DNA of 64,000 nt from Torpedo marmorata (taxonomy: Eukaryota). The stretch lies in contig OZ360229.1 in NCBI GenBank assembly GCA_977017645.1, forward strand, positions 47,926,001-47,990,000, in the 5' to 3' direction. Shown here in pieces: positions 38,622 through 51,885 of this stretch (positions are counted from its first letter, which is position 1; each line of letters begins with the position of its first letter). Under the pieces are notes generated by a model. The model had not been told where the DNA came from and did no database searches. It worked only from the letters and a program-made list of their open reading frames with translations. The position numbers and the translations under genes are program-made.

Positions 38622-38850
38622 AGACACACGGGCAATGGTAGATGCTGGAATCTGAAGCCGAATACAACCTGCTGCTTAATCCACTGAGTTCCACCAGCAT
38701 CAATGGGAGAAAAAGAATGGTCAACGTTGAGCCGAATCCTTGATGAAAGGTTTTGGCTTGAAACGTAGACCAGAAACCCTTTATCGAAGTTTCGGCTCAA
38801 TGTTGACCACTCTTTTCCTCCCATTGATGCTGTTTGACCAGCAGATTGTG
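38622..38850. mobile_element. Penelope-derived fold-back element
   Basis: Imperfect inverted arms of ~60 bp over 38695-38832; hammerhead-like core at the apex. Confidence 0.7.
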
Positions 38851-40129
38851 TCCAATTTACTGCACCAAGCTGACAAAGGCAGTTTCCAGAGAAATACATT
38901 TATAATAGAGATACAAAGAATGTATCCCAGTAGAATCACCCAGCCCTTTGAATTGAAAGATTTTTCAACCAAGCAGAGAGAGAGTACAGGCAAATTAAAA
39001 CACAGTATAAAATGAGATAGTGCTCCGTTCATTTCCCCAAGCACATCATTGACAACACACTCAAGTGTACTTAAAATAGATTTTATAAGTGCATTTAAAA
39101 TGAAAGGAAGTCATGTGAAGTGACCTTTTCTTGTCTTCAGGAATTCACTGGCAAATTTAAACAATTAGTTTCTTGGTAAACGTTTCATCATTTAACCCAA
39201 TAAAGCTGAAATATTCATTGAAATGAAGTGGATGGTACATGTGTAATTGCCCACCTCAAAACAAAAGAAAACCGTATTCTTTCTGCCATTACCGATAATG
39301 ACCTTTATATTGTGAGAAAGATATATTTAGTGACTTGCTTCTTTTCAGAGACTGCTGTGCTGTAAAAACTATCGACTGCTCTTGGAGATCAAATAGTCAG
39401 ATATATGGACCATGGAGGAATCAGTAAAGATTCATTGTTAATGTACATATAAAACAGAACACTGTCCTTCAGAACATGAAGCAGGACTTGATTAAGCTAT
39501 ATGTGTTCAACACAATCTGGTGATATACAGCCAAAATATGCTGTGTAAAATTGTCAGGATCTACCTGTCCTGCACTTTATCTCTTGAATTTAAAGAAGTG
39601 GAGAGAAATGTTGCATGGGTACAATTACCAATGTGAGAGTGTGTGACAGTTTTAAAAGAACACAGATGAATGGAAGAAATGGCATGATAAATAAAGGTTC
39701 AACGTCAGATAGCTGGGATTTGCTAGTGCAGGCACAAGCAAAGTGGCAGAGAGCTTTCAGCAGAAGGCACAGATAGCTTGAAGCAATAGCTAATTAGCAG
39801 GAGCTTCAATATTTTTCTGCTTTCCTTCTAAAAATTATGCTAAAAATAAAAACCTACCTTCATATTGTACCTTGGGTCTGAAGGATATGATCACCTGCAG
39901 AACACGAGAAAGACCTAAGTGAAATGTTATCCATATACTGCAAACCTGGTGAGTGCTGCAAATTAAACTTTTTTTAAATTTTAAAATTCTTGAATAAACT
40001 GCACTAATAATATTCATTCTGCCAATAAATCGTAGTAAAATCGTAGTAAATCACGAAACAGAAGGAGGCCATTTGGTGCACTGCATCAGAACTCCTCACC
40101 AAATTTCACCTTGCAGTACTTTGAAAACT

Positions 40130-40372
40130 CACACTACCAGATTCAAGCACATTTTCTTCCCCACCACTATCAGATTATTTAACAGGCCTCCCATAAATAA
40201 AATCATGCTCCGCTTGCACTGCTTTAACTGAATGTTTCTCTGTAACACTACACTCTGCACTTGTGTTTGGCACTGCCTGCTATACTTAACAATAGGTTGA
40301 CTTGCCTGGATAGCATCCACAACATTTTTCACTGCATTTTGGGATCCCCAAAATGAAACAATTCAATTCAAT
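40130..40372 (+). mobile_element. Old Rex1-like 3' end
   Basis: ACCAGATTCAAGCACATTTTCTTCCCCACCACTATCAGA (TRFK..FFP..IR); (AATTC)n tail. Confidence 0.6.
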
Positions 40373-41114
40373 AGGTTGAAAGCTCTGCGGGTCACATCTC
40401 TTCAAGTACCTTTAAATGTCATGAGGGTTTCTCCACCACTCCCTCAGACGGTGAATTCCAGACCTTATCAACAGTGATTTTTTTGATTTTCTCATCTCCC
40501 TTCTAACCCTTCTATTTTCTCTTCAGTTGTGATGAATACCAGTAGTTTTTTTCCCTCCAAGAGTTTTAGCTGCAATTGTCAAGTTTAAATGCCAGAGCAA
40601 AGTTGATGGGAGATTTGACACATTACCTATTACAAAGCATATCTTTTTACAATGAATCCAGTTTGATTTGGTGTTTATTAGAACAGAGATTTGAATGTAA
40701 ATTTGATTAACTATATTGGATTGCTGCATCATTGGTCTTTCTGCAATATTTTCCACCTGTCTGTGGGAGCACGGTAGGGTTGCAGAATGAGGCATTGTTC
40801 AATACAACAAAAATATCACAAGTTAGTTTTTCCACAGGTTCAAGTCCACAAAGTCATTAGTAAGGGCAGACCTATGGATTTTGTATCACAAACTACTCAC
40901 AGAAAGTGCACTTGGGCTATTGAAAAGTAAAGCTGTGCAAAAGAGCCAGGAATCAATAAACTTGCGTGGAGGGACCATCTTGGATTAAGTGAGTATTTAG
41001 CTGAGACACTGTTCAGCGTTATGTGAAAGGAATACATTTAAAAATCTTGAACAAAAAGTTTTGGGGGAAATGAGGAACTAGTTTGGTAAAATGAAGCAAA
41101 CTGAAAATAGCTGC

Positions 41115-41290
41115 AAACCTACTTCCACCACCCCCAAAGATTGCCATTTAAGATCTCGGACAGCACTCTGGAAAATGCGCATCAATTCCACATCTTAAGA
41201 AAAATTGCCACAGCCACTAATGCATCAGTACAGATTTCAGCCCATTGAAGAGAACAAAATTCAAAGACCAAGATCTCAAATCCAACAAAA
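41115..41290 (+). mobile_element. Probable RTE-clade LINE remnant
   Basis: Translates PFKISDSTLENAHQFPHL, resembling RTE motif I.I....LENV..FPYLGS. Confidence 0.45.
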
Positions 41291-44064
41291 ACTTTCTACA
41301 GAAAATAAATTCTTAAATATTTAAGAGAATCAAGGGATCTGGGTTGTGCAGAAAGGTAGTGTCGACGTAAAAGTCCAGCCATGATCTTACGGGGTGACAG
41401 AGCAGGATTGGTTGTGGGGTTTTGGGTAGCTCACAGTGTCCAACTCCTGCTTCTATTGCTTATATATTTTTTCATTTGGCACCTCAAAGTACTGGAGATG
41501 TACAGCAATCGTTGCTGCTGCAAAACCCTCCAAACCTTTTGGCAGCAAAAACAAGTCATTATCAGTATCCTCTTCCAAGCCAAAATCCCCACTTCAGTAA
41601 TTTATATTAAGATAATGAATCAATAGAGGCAAAACTGGATTAAATACACAACAAAAGGTTAAAGAAGATGGACTAAAAAATAGCTCCCAGTTTACAATTA
41701 CAGGAAGAAGTTTGGTAAAGTCTAGTATGTCAAATAGAAAAGGCCATTTTGAATAAAAGCAGCGTAAGCTTGAAACAATTAAAACTACGAGATAAGGATA
41801 ACATAAAGGAACAATGTTTTAAATTTCAAAGGGTTTCAGTAATTGAAGTAATGTAAAAGTTAGAAGGAAATTTATTCACATAAAATTGTCACTGCTCATA
41901 GATATTGTGAAAAGGCAGTAACAGGTGGTTAACTTTATTTAATAAATATTTCAATAAATTTCAAGAGAAAATGAGGAATGGTGGAAAATAAGATGGATTT
42001 TGTAAACAAACAACAGACTTGGTTGGATGGAATTACTCTTTACAGGCTTGAATATTCTTAGGAAATCAGCTCACTATTGGCCAATCAAATGGCTGTAATG
42101 GTGAAATTTGCATATGAATTATTATGATTAATCCATCATCCTCATTCTACTTCTCTCAATATTATTTGAGTGTTTTCCTTTCACTGTGAAAGTGATAGTT
42201 CAGATGTTTTGTCTCCTTCTGAATCAGTCGCCATTTAAACAAAACATTTATTTTCCAGCTGACTATTTTAAAGAAATGTAGGAGGTTCGTCACAGACAGG
42301 TGAAACATCAAAGAGTTTCATCCGTGCTGTATGACTGAGTCAGACCTTTAAGTATCAACAGTACTTCGGTCTGAATCTTCATTGGTGCAGAAGTATCCTC
42401 TTCACATTACAATACCAGAGTTGTAACATTCCAAATAGGTATTCAGAAGATAGATGTGACAATGCACTGCCCTTTCTGTGATGAACTCGTCACCCCAACA
42501 TACCTTTTCCAATTCCATCTAAAAATTAAGCAGGTGACCAAATGCAACATTTTTTGTAAAACAGTCTTCGCAACTCAGGACAGGTTTTATGGCAGGAGTA
42601 GAGTTACTTTTTCCCTCTTGCTCGAAGACGTCTCTTGAAACACATTGGGAAAACAGGTTAAAAAAAAATGGCATCACCATCCAGCTGACCAGATGTAGCT
42701 CAGGCGAAGAATGTCGCTCAGAGCCAAGATTTTGTGAACAGATTAAGTCTCTGAGTAAATCAATTTATGAAGATATACAGACACAAAAGAGAATGTTCCT
42801 GTTACATTTGAACAATGTTGACTCAGTGACTCAGTTTCTGACTCCACCAAATCTTCTGGCAGCAAGTTCTAGATATCAACCACTCTCTGTGTAAAAAAAA
42901 ATCCCCTCAAACATTTTTTGAAGCTCATTCTTCTTACCTTCAATAAATGCCTTCTTTTTGATGCTCACACGATGGGGTAAAAGATTCTGATTATCTAGCC
43001 TATTTAATTTTGCTTTGACATGGATCCCATGTGCCTTAGTTTTCTGGATTCAGCCTCCCAGAAGGGACCTTTACATAAGCATTACTGAAGTCCATATAGA
43101 CAATGTCTACCACCCTGTCTTCATCAATCTTCTTCATTACCTCTTTAAAAAAAACACACAAACAAATTAGCAAAGCAGGATTTCCTCTACACAAAGCCTG
43201 GCTGAATATGTCTGATCAGTCCCTACTTCTCCCATCCCTTAGAATTTTCCCCCAAAATTTGGAAGCTGATGTGGAAACAACAAAGGGCTGCAAATTCTGC
43301 AATCTGATGAGCAAGGTAGTAACTGGATCCAGATAAGAAAGGGGTAATGGGAACCTTCCTTGCTTATCAGATTCCAGAATCGGCAGCATTTTGTTGTCTC
43401 CACTTTTCGTCTGTCTCTGCCTTCCTCAACCCCTACCTTGCCTCATCTACACATCACCACTTCTCACCGAGTTCCATCTATCACCACCAATTCCTGCCTC
43501 ATCTCTCCCCCTTGCTATAGTGGCCAGATCCCTGTTACACTCCCAGTCCTGCTGCAGACTCGACCCTAAACATCTACTACCCTACTGTTTCTACAAATGC
43601 TGCCTGACCTGTTGAGTTCCTCCAGCAGTTTGGTTTTTGCTCCAGATTTCAGCATCTGCAATCTCCTGTCTCCATTCTGCAGACATAGACAAGTAATGGA
43701 AACTCAAATGTCTACACTCCATTAAAACATGCAAGCAAAGCAAAACACTGTTAGGATTGTACAATGGGGAAATCAAGGACCTGTAGTAATAAAATGTGAT
43801 GGTGCATAACTACAGGAGATCAGTGAAGGCATATATCCCCAAGGCTAGAACGTAAGCTAATCTTCTGTAAGAGTTCCCCTTAAAAGCGTGCTACCGAAAA
43901 TCAAAACTCTACAGTTTTTTCACACAAGGATGTCAGAACTTAACAAGATGAATCATCTAAAGATGTCTTTTTTTTAATAAAAAAAACAACCCCTCCCCCA
44001 GATATCTTTTTAATGCATCACCTATGAAATTTTCTATCCAACATTTATTTTTAAAATATGTATT

Positions 44065-44394
44065 TGTAGCGGTACCTGCTCTTGGCAAGCGAACCGGTGC
44101 CCGCAATGGCGGCCGTGCAAGTACACATAGCAACAGCAGGGGCCGGCGCAAGGATGGCACTGACCCCCCCCCTTCTTCTTCAACCAAGAGAAGGACAGGA
44201 GACCCGCACGCGGAAACTTCCCATTGTAATGTACAGCTCCCATTGTTATGTGAACGGCAATGGTCATGTAAACGACAGCAATTAAGCTCGCAGCTCTGCG
44301 TAAAAGCCAGGGCTGCGAGACCCGATTAAACAGTCTTGCTTGCAACCCACCGATTGTGTGTTGTTCTTCAGAATTCTGTGTAGCTCACGCTACA
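44065..44394 (+). mobile_element. Solo LTR (Gypsy-like), 330 bp
   Basis: Termini TGTAGCG...CGCTACA (7-bp inverted); 4-bp TSD TATT at 44061-44064 and 44395-44398; TAAAAG and ATTAAA signals. Confidence 0.9.
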
Positions 44395-44645
44395 TATTTA
44401 ACCTTTTAAATTATTAACTGCTGCTTGATTGGTGTATAAATTGTGATTCTAGCTTTCATTTAATAAGGTTATGTCTAAATTTTGCTTTACTTTTCAAAGT
44501 GCAAAGGACAAGATGATACATCAACTAATTAGTTGAAAAGATCATGTAAACTAAGGTTCAAATTGGAAAGCATGGCACAGATATTTCCATTCGAGGTATA
44601 TGCAAATACCTGAAAATCATAGATGCAAAATACATGCCAGCAGAC

Positions 44646-45365
44646 ATGGAGAGGGTGAGCAAATTTAAGTTCTTGGGAGTCACTATCTCGGAGGATCTTT
44701 CCTGGACCCAACACACTAATGGCATCATGAAGAAAGCGCGTCAGTGCCTCTACTTCCTCAGGAGTTTGTGGAGGTTTGGAATGACATTGGAAATCCTGGC
44801 AAATTTCTATACATGTATGGTGGAAATTGTGCTGACCGGCTGCATCACGGTCTGGTATGGGGACACCAATACCCCTGAGCATAAAGCCCTCCAAAAGGTA
44901 GTGGACACAGCCCAGGACATCACAACCAAAACCCTCCCACATCGAGAACATCTACAGGGAACGCTGCCGTCGGAGAGCAGCAGCAATCATCAAGGATCCA
45001 CACCACCCAGTACATGCTCTGTTCTCGCTGCTACCATCAGGAAAGAGGTATAGGTGCCACAAGACTCTCACCACCAGGTTCAGAAATAGCTGCTACCCCT
45101 CCACCATCAGACTTCTTAACAACAAACTCAATCAGGGACTTATTTAAGGACTCTTACTTTTGCACTTCATTGATTTTTTTTCTCTCTCTCTCTTTGTATT
45201 GCAGAGTTTACATTTCTTTATTTGTTTACATGTGAACGTTGAGTCAGATTTTTTTTACACTGCCAATAAGTGGCAATTCTGCTTCGCCCGCAGGAAAAAG
45301 AATCTCAGGGTTATATGTGATGTCATGTATGTACGCTGACAATAAATCTAAATCTGAAATCTGAA
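44646..45365 (+). mobile_element. Rex1/Babar LINE 3' fragment ((TCTGAAA)n family)
   Basis: KFKFLGVTISEDLSW, KKARQCLYFLRSL; TGACAATAAA tail. Confidence 0.9.
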
Positions 45366-48300
45366 ATTTATTTGGCATCTGGGTACCAGGTCTGGTATTT
45401 TCATTTTTATTGGTGTGACTCGTGTAGACTGCAAACAACTGCAATAGAAGTGAGCTTCCAGTGTGGGTGTTATTTTGTGCAATTTATAAAGTACCTGCTG
45501 TTTCTAGATACTTGGTTCAGGAAATCTCTTTTAAATTATGTCCTTACCAACTTTTCCATTGGACACCTAACCACCCGCCTCCAAGTCCCAATCCCTAGCC
45601 AACCAGATCCACTCATTTACTTGACTCATACCAGCCTCAAACCCACTATCAACTGATCTCGAGCAGAATTCCCACTTGCCCTCATTAATCTCTCTACACC
45701 GCAGCCCTTCACCAGCATCGATCAGCAATAAAAACGCTCCCCTGCACGACTGTAATCATTCGCATCTGAGCTCCGAACTGAAACCTCCAACAGCTTCCCA
45801 CTAATCTCTCTGACACATGACTCTCCCTCGCTCCCACTGGGCCTGTGAGTTAAAGCCTTTCTTTCATGCACTATATAGTTGTGGGTATATTGCATAATGA
45901 TGCCTTAATGTGCCTTTGCAACCATTCTAGGTTGCAATATCCTTAACTTCAAGGAAATCAGTAGATAATGCAAAAATAATGGATGCTGACAGTCAGTTAC
46001 TGGAACACAGAACATGGATTATCCCACTAAGACCATCAAACCCATTTCTGAGTTCACTGAGTTCCTGGTTCTTCCAACCTCATTCTTTTTCTCCGACTTC
46101 TTAGGCATCCTTTAGGATACCCGGTGACTCGTGTTCAACTCCAGGATTTTTTTTTAGTTATGAGGTCACTGATAAGGCAAAAGTGGGAACAGCATTCCCT
46201 AATGAAGAAGGGACAGGAGGTACCTGAGTGGGGTAGAGAGATGGGTAGTTTATGAGGGGGTGTGTTTACATGGGGTTTCTATAGGCTCTTGATGCGAGAA
46301 CTAAAGATTTTCAAATCTGATTCTCCACTCAGTCATGAGGCATGACTTCCCAAAAGTTGATGGGAATATTGGAGTCTTTCAACGCATTCACCTGATGATT
46401 AAGATGATGCAGTGAAACTAAAATGACAACAGCAAGTACTTAATTAAGTTGCAAGAACAATTTATTAAATTTACCTGCTTAGATTACTGACATTTATAAT
46501 AAATACTGCACATGAATGCATGGCAATCATAATTAATGTTTCATCATAATGAATAATCTTTCAATTATATTTTTAAATTGTCATGCATCTTGACATTACA
46601 TTTTATCCATGGTTAAAATCAATTTTATTCAGTACCGGTAAGTATTAACATCATAGTGTCATCTTGACTGTTAACTGAGGGAAGCTATAAATATTGAATT
46701 GAATTTTTTGTTATCACGTGTATGGAGATACAGCGAAAAGCTTTGTTTTGTGTGCTATCCAGGCAAGTCAATTCAGAATTAAGTACAGCAGGTCATGCAA
46801 TTATAAAAACAAAAGTGTAAGGTGCAGTGCAAAGTGCAGGATGTGTTAGTTATTTTTTTTAATTCAGACATATAAACAAATAAATTTTACAGTGCATAGA
46901 GTGTAACAAATTACCTGAAAATTATAAAATGCAAGCATTTTTTAAAATGCACAAAACTGAGTGGAACATTTACACATCAGCAGAATTGATGATCACAGAG
47001 GCAACACACAATGTTTATATTATACAATGGAGTTCTGATATGAATTGTTCCATGTATTTATTCCAGAGATGACCATAAAAAGATGTCTCGTATTGGTGGA
47101 CCCTTTCCTGTTGTTTTTCAAAGTCACAAAAACATTTATTTAATTAAAAGTGACCAACATTCAACTAATAGCAGTTACTGTACAACAATACATCAGAAGT
47201 CTTTCCATCTGATCAGACTTTGCATCCAAATTGCCTCCTTTTGAGGACGACAAATATCCCCATGACACAGAAAATACCAAATCACCAGTTTTAATCTTTT
47301 CTGAACTTAGAATACTCATAATGGACTGTCTTTCACTCAGGGGCATCTCCGCAAGGTCTGAAGTTGTGGTTATTTGGGTGTGGAAATTTTAACTCTTCCA
47401 TTTTCCCTTTTCACCTCATTGAGCTTGAGATGCAAACTCCCCACAGGTGGTGCTGAGTGACTGGGACTCTATTTGCTGCCTCAGGGTGCCACATGTGCCC
47501 AATGAGAAAGAAGAGACTTATTCTGATTGCAAGAATAGTAGCCCGATTTTCTCTTTCTGATTCTCTACAACTATTATCCAACAGGTCAGTCAGGAAATTG
47601 CTCCAAACAAAGGCATTTCCAAGTGCTTGCTCCTGGAGGGTCATCTGACCAGGCAGGTAAAAAGTAATTTCCCCATGTCAATCAAGGTTAGTCCACCCAC
47701 AGGTGAGGGCACACATTACGATTGGCTCTCTTGAAATCCTTGCTTCATTTGAGCATTCCTGAGCCGGACCCTCCAGCCAGCTGCAGTAAAAAGCCCACCA
47801 CATGGAGCAGCTCTTTCTCTTTGTTCCCCTGAGACATCCCTGAGCTCCACTCCAGGTTGCGGGCCACGGGCAATGTCGGAAGACCGACTGTGAAGGGTTT
47901 GATGCAGGTTGTGAACCGTCGACGACACTGGAGAACCAGTTGCGAGGTATATGCTGGTACAGTGTGGGGGCTATTTGTGGGCATGCACCCTGGAGAGACT
48001 GTAATGTCTCACCCATTGTAGATTGTAACCAGATATGTACCTTTTAGATTACTAGGTGTACCGTGCCAGCTAGTGAGAGGTGCGGGTACTGTTTGTTTCA
48101 TCTTCATGTTTAGCTGTGGGAACTGCTATTAGCAGCAATCTGCTCGTTTGGCCAGGGGAACTGCGATTAGAGTGATCTGTCAGGGTTAACAAGTATTTGT
48201 GTGCAGCTGCTTAGTTTGTGTGTGCGAGTGTGTTCCCTGTTGTGAATTCCCCCGCTTATAATAAAGACCACTGTTTGTCAATAAACTGTATCCAGGACTT

Positions 48301-49328
48301 GTTATTTCTTGAACCCTCCAAATATGTTTTCACCATCACAGCAACACATTGGGTCAGTGATCTGTGTAAATTTACCAAATGAGAGTCGATCAGTATCAAC
48401 TTCTTGACCAAATCCACGCCACTCTCCATGAGCAACACAGCACTAAGTGCATATGCAATCTCATGCTCGGGGAGTGGAAGAGCATTACAAGCAACACTGG
48501 TGAAAAGGAAATCTTGTCAAATGACTAACTGCACCTGTCTCAGTAGACAATCAAAGCCACCAAAAACTAATACTAAGAAAGTTTTAAAATCTCACTTTTA
48601 ACATCTCGGAAAATATCGTTGATACTGTGATTACAATAAGAATATATTTTAATCACCGTATAAAATATAAGAAACAGGAATAGGCCCTCTAGCCTATTCA
48701 ATTATTTGAAGAGATCCAGGCTTATCTGATCTTTCTATTTTACTGTTCAAACCCCATCACCTTGATTCCTGTTTTGTTCAACAAACCCTTGAATGAACAA
48801 CAATTCTGGATCAATGTTCTCAAAAAATTAAAAGTCCTTAGAAAAACATAATTCCTCCTCATCACAGACGTTTATTTCCTATGCTACCATTTTAAAATAT
48901 CATATGAAAAGATTTAAAAAGCAAAATTCATTCAAAATGAAAATTTTACATCTTTGTGATCAATTCATGTGACCAATGTGAAAATGTTTATCCTCCACAT
49001 GCAGCTGAGTAACAAAAAAAAAGTTTTAGAAGTAATATGTGCGCAGTAATAGGAAAATACCTTGCAGTGTTACTGCCAGCAAAACTTCCAGCATTTGCTG
49101 TCATCACATGCACAAAAGGTAAACAGTTTCTCAGTTTATATATATATATATTTATATATTTATATATATATATATATATACACAGAGAGTAGTGGGTGCC
49201 TGGAATGGATTGCCAGGGGTGGTGGTGGAGGCTGGAACTATAAAGACATTTAAAAGACTCTCAGACAGGCACATGGATACAAGAAAATAGAGGGTTATGG
49301 GTGCAAGGTAGGGAAGGTTTAGATTGTT

Positions 49329-50927
49329 TTTTTTTAATTTTTAATTTTTAAAAATATTTTATTTAAAATTTTTAAATCACACAATACACTGTATAAAATG
49401 CAAAATTATCAAAATACATGTGATACATTTTCTCCCCCCCACCCTCCCTCCCCTCCCTAACGCTCTCACCCCTACTAATCTAATAAAATAAAAAAGAAAG
49501 AAAGAAAAAGATAGAATATGGAGAACGTCAATCTAAAAAAAACAACTATAAACTAATTTTATTGTGGAAAATAGGTTCACCAGTCAGATCTGATATCCAG
49601 AGATCTTCAAATCCTTAAACCAACCGTTTTTATATATGGGCTCCATATTTTCAAAAATAAATGATATTTATTACGTAAATTATAAGTAATTTTTTCAAGT
49701 GGTATAGCTGAACGAAGTTCTGCATGCCATCTATCTAACCCTAAATCTACATCAGATTTCCATGTAATAGCAATACATTTCTTAGAAACAGCTAAAGCAA
49801 TTCGTAAAAATTCTATTTGATACATATTTAATTTCATCTTGGTACTTATTCTTTTAATATCTCCAAACAAAAATATCATAGGATCCATTGGGAGTGTAAT
49901 TCTTAATACTTTATCCAAAAACTTTTTAACTTTCAACCAAAAATCAAATATCTTTGGACAAAGCCATGTAGAATGTACAAAAGAACCTTCCTCTCTATTA
50001 CACCTAAAACATAAACCAGATAATGTTGGATTAAATTTCTTTAATTTTTTAGGTGTTAAATATAATTGATGGAAAAAATTATATTACACTAGTCTATATC
50101 TAACATTAATAATCTTTGTCATACTTAATTTACATAATTCTTTCCAATGTTCTTCATCTATTGTTACATTCAAATCTGATTCCCATTTTAATCTTGATTT
50201 GTGAATTCCTACTTTAGGCATTTTTCTCTGTAATAATCTATACATTTGAGAAATAAATTTATTTACACCTCCATTAATAACTAATAATTCAATTTGTCTT
50301 GGTAAAATCAAACTATAACACAACCGTTCAACTAAAAATGCTCTAATTTGCTAATAAGCAAAAAGTGTATTATCTAATACATTAAACTTTTCTTTCATTC
50401 TCTGAAAAGTAATAAATTTACTAGCTTCAAAACAATCATTTATTTTCTTAATTCCCTTTTGAAACCAAATTTTAAATAATTGATTATCAACAGTAAATGG
50501 AATAAGTTTATTTTGATATAAAGGCATTCTTCGAGAAATTAACCCTTTCCCTCCTATCTCCCTATCCACTCTATTCCATATTTCTAACAAATGTTTAAAA
50601 ATAGGAGAATTTTTCCCTCTTGTTAGTACTTATTTAGAATTGGATTTATAAATAACTTCTTCTTTCAAATCTTCTCCTATATTATTTAATTCTATTCTAA
50701 TCCAAGCAGAAGATTTTCCTGAATCAAACATTTCATTAATAAATTTTAATTGAGCTGCTTTATAATAATTTTGAAAATTAGGTAGTTTTTAAACCACCCA
50801 AATTCCAAGTTAATTTCTATTCTAGTCAACTTTCCTTTCCACAAAAACTTCCTAATAATTAAATTTAAATCTTTAAAACATTTCTGAGGAATTTCATAAG
50901 GAATTGATTGAAAAAGATATTGAATTC
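49329..50927 (-). mobile_element. L1-clade LINE 3' fragment inserted into a CR1 3' tail (CR1 at ~49183-49328 and 50928-51005)
   Basis: Near-identical to 5003-5908 over the shared part; 17-bp TSD GGAAGGTTTAGATTGTT at 49312-49328 and 50928-50944. Confidence 0.93.
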
Positions 50928-51019
50928 GGAAGGTTTAGATTGTTGACTAAGTTTATATAGGTCAGCACAACATCATGGGCCGAAGGGCCTGTAGTGTTCT
51001 ACATTCCACAAATATGCAG

Positions 51020-51350
51020 ATGAAAGGAGACACAAAGAGAAACCGCAGGGAAGGCGTCCTTCGGCGCAACGAGTCTGTATTGACTTCACGGACACCTATC
51101 CGATATTAACTCTGCCTTTTTTATTCTCTCCACATTCTCATCAGCTCTCATCAGATTGCGTACGCTCTGGACAATTATATTGGCCAATTAACCTACCAAC
51201 CTGCATGTCTTTGGGATGTAGGAGGAAAACCAATGCATGATTGGGACAACGTGCAAACTCCCTGCAGACAGCATGCAAGGTCAGGACTGAACCCAAGTCT
51301 TTGGCATTGTGAGGCAGTGACTCTACAAGCTGTGCTACTGTGCTGTCCCA
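51020..51350 (-). mobile_element. V-SINE, older subfamily
   Basis: GTGCAAACTCCCTGCAGACAGCA, GACTGAACCCAAGTC (B-box on minus), GCTACTGTGCTGTCC. Confidence 0.75.
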
Positions 51351-51885
51351 AGATGTCCAAACACCTGTGTTTTTGATGCTTTCTCCTCCATTGGTAGACT
51401 GTTTCATAATCATTTCCAGGATGATCAAACATCAGTGATTCAAGGAAATCAGGTATTTTTGAATTTTTCTCAACATAAAAATCCTTGATAATTTCACACT
51501 TCATCACGAGATGTTAATGTTTTAAAAAGCACATTGACAAAAACTGAGATAATGTAATTCTCCTCGAGAAATTATTTCAAAATTTCAGAGGTATCACCAA
51601 CATAAAACCATGCTGGATGAAGCCATCTATACTTTAAACAGCATGCTAACTGGTTGTTGAACACACACACGATTATGCTGATCCTGTGCCTAATGAAGCA
51701 AAATTAAGCGATGCTCAAGTTCATCCATGTAGGAGTGGTTCCTTTGAGCACCTTGAAAAAATGAAGGCGTGGAGATCAGAGATGAGAACTGTCAGACAGT
51801 GCTTGTGGAGTGGGAGGGGAAGGTGAGGGAAACATTCATCAAAGAACGCTGCCCACGAGGTTTAAGAAACTTCTTTATTGGTTGA

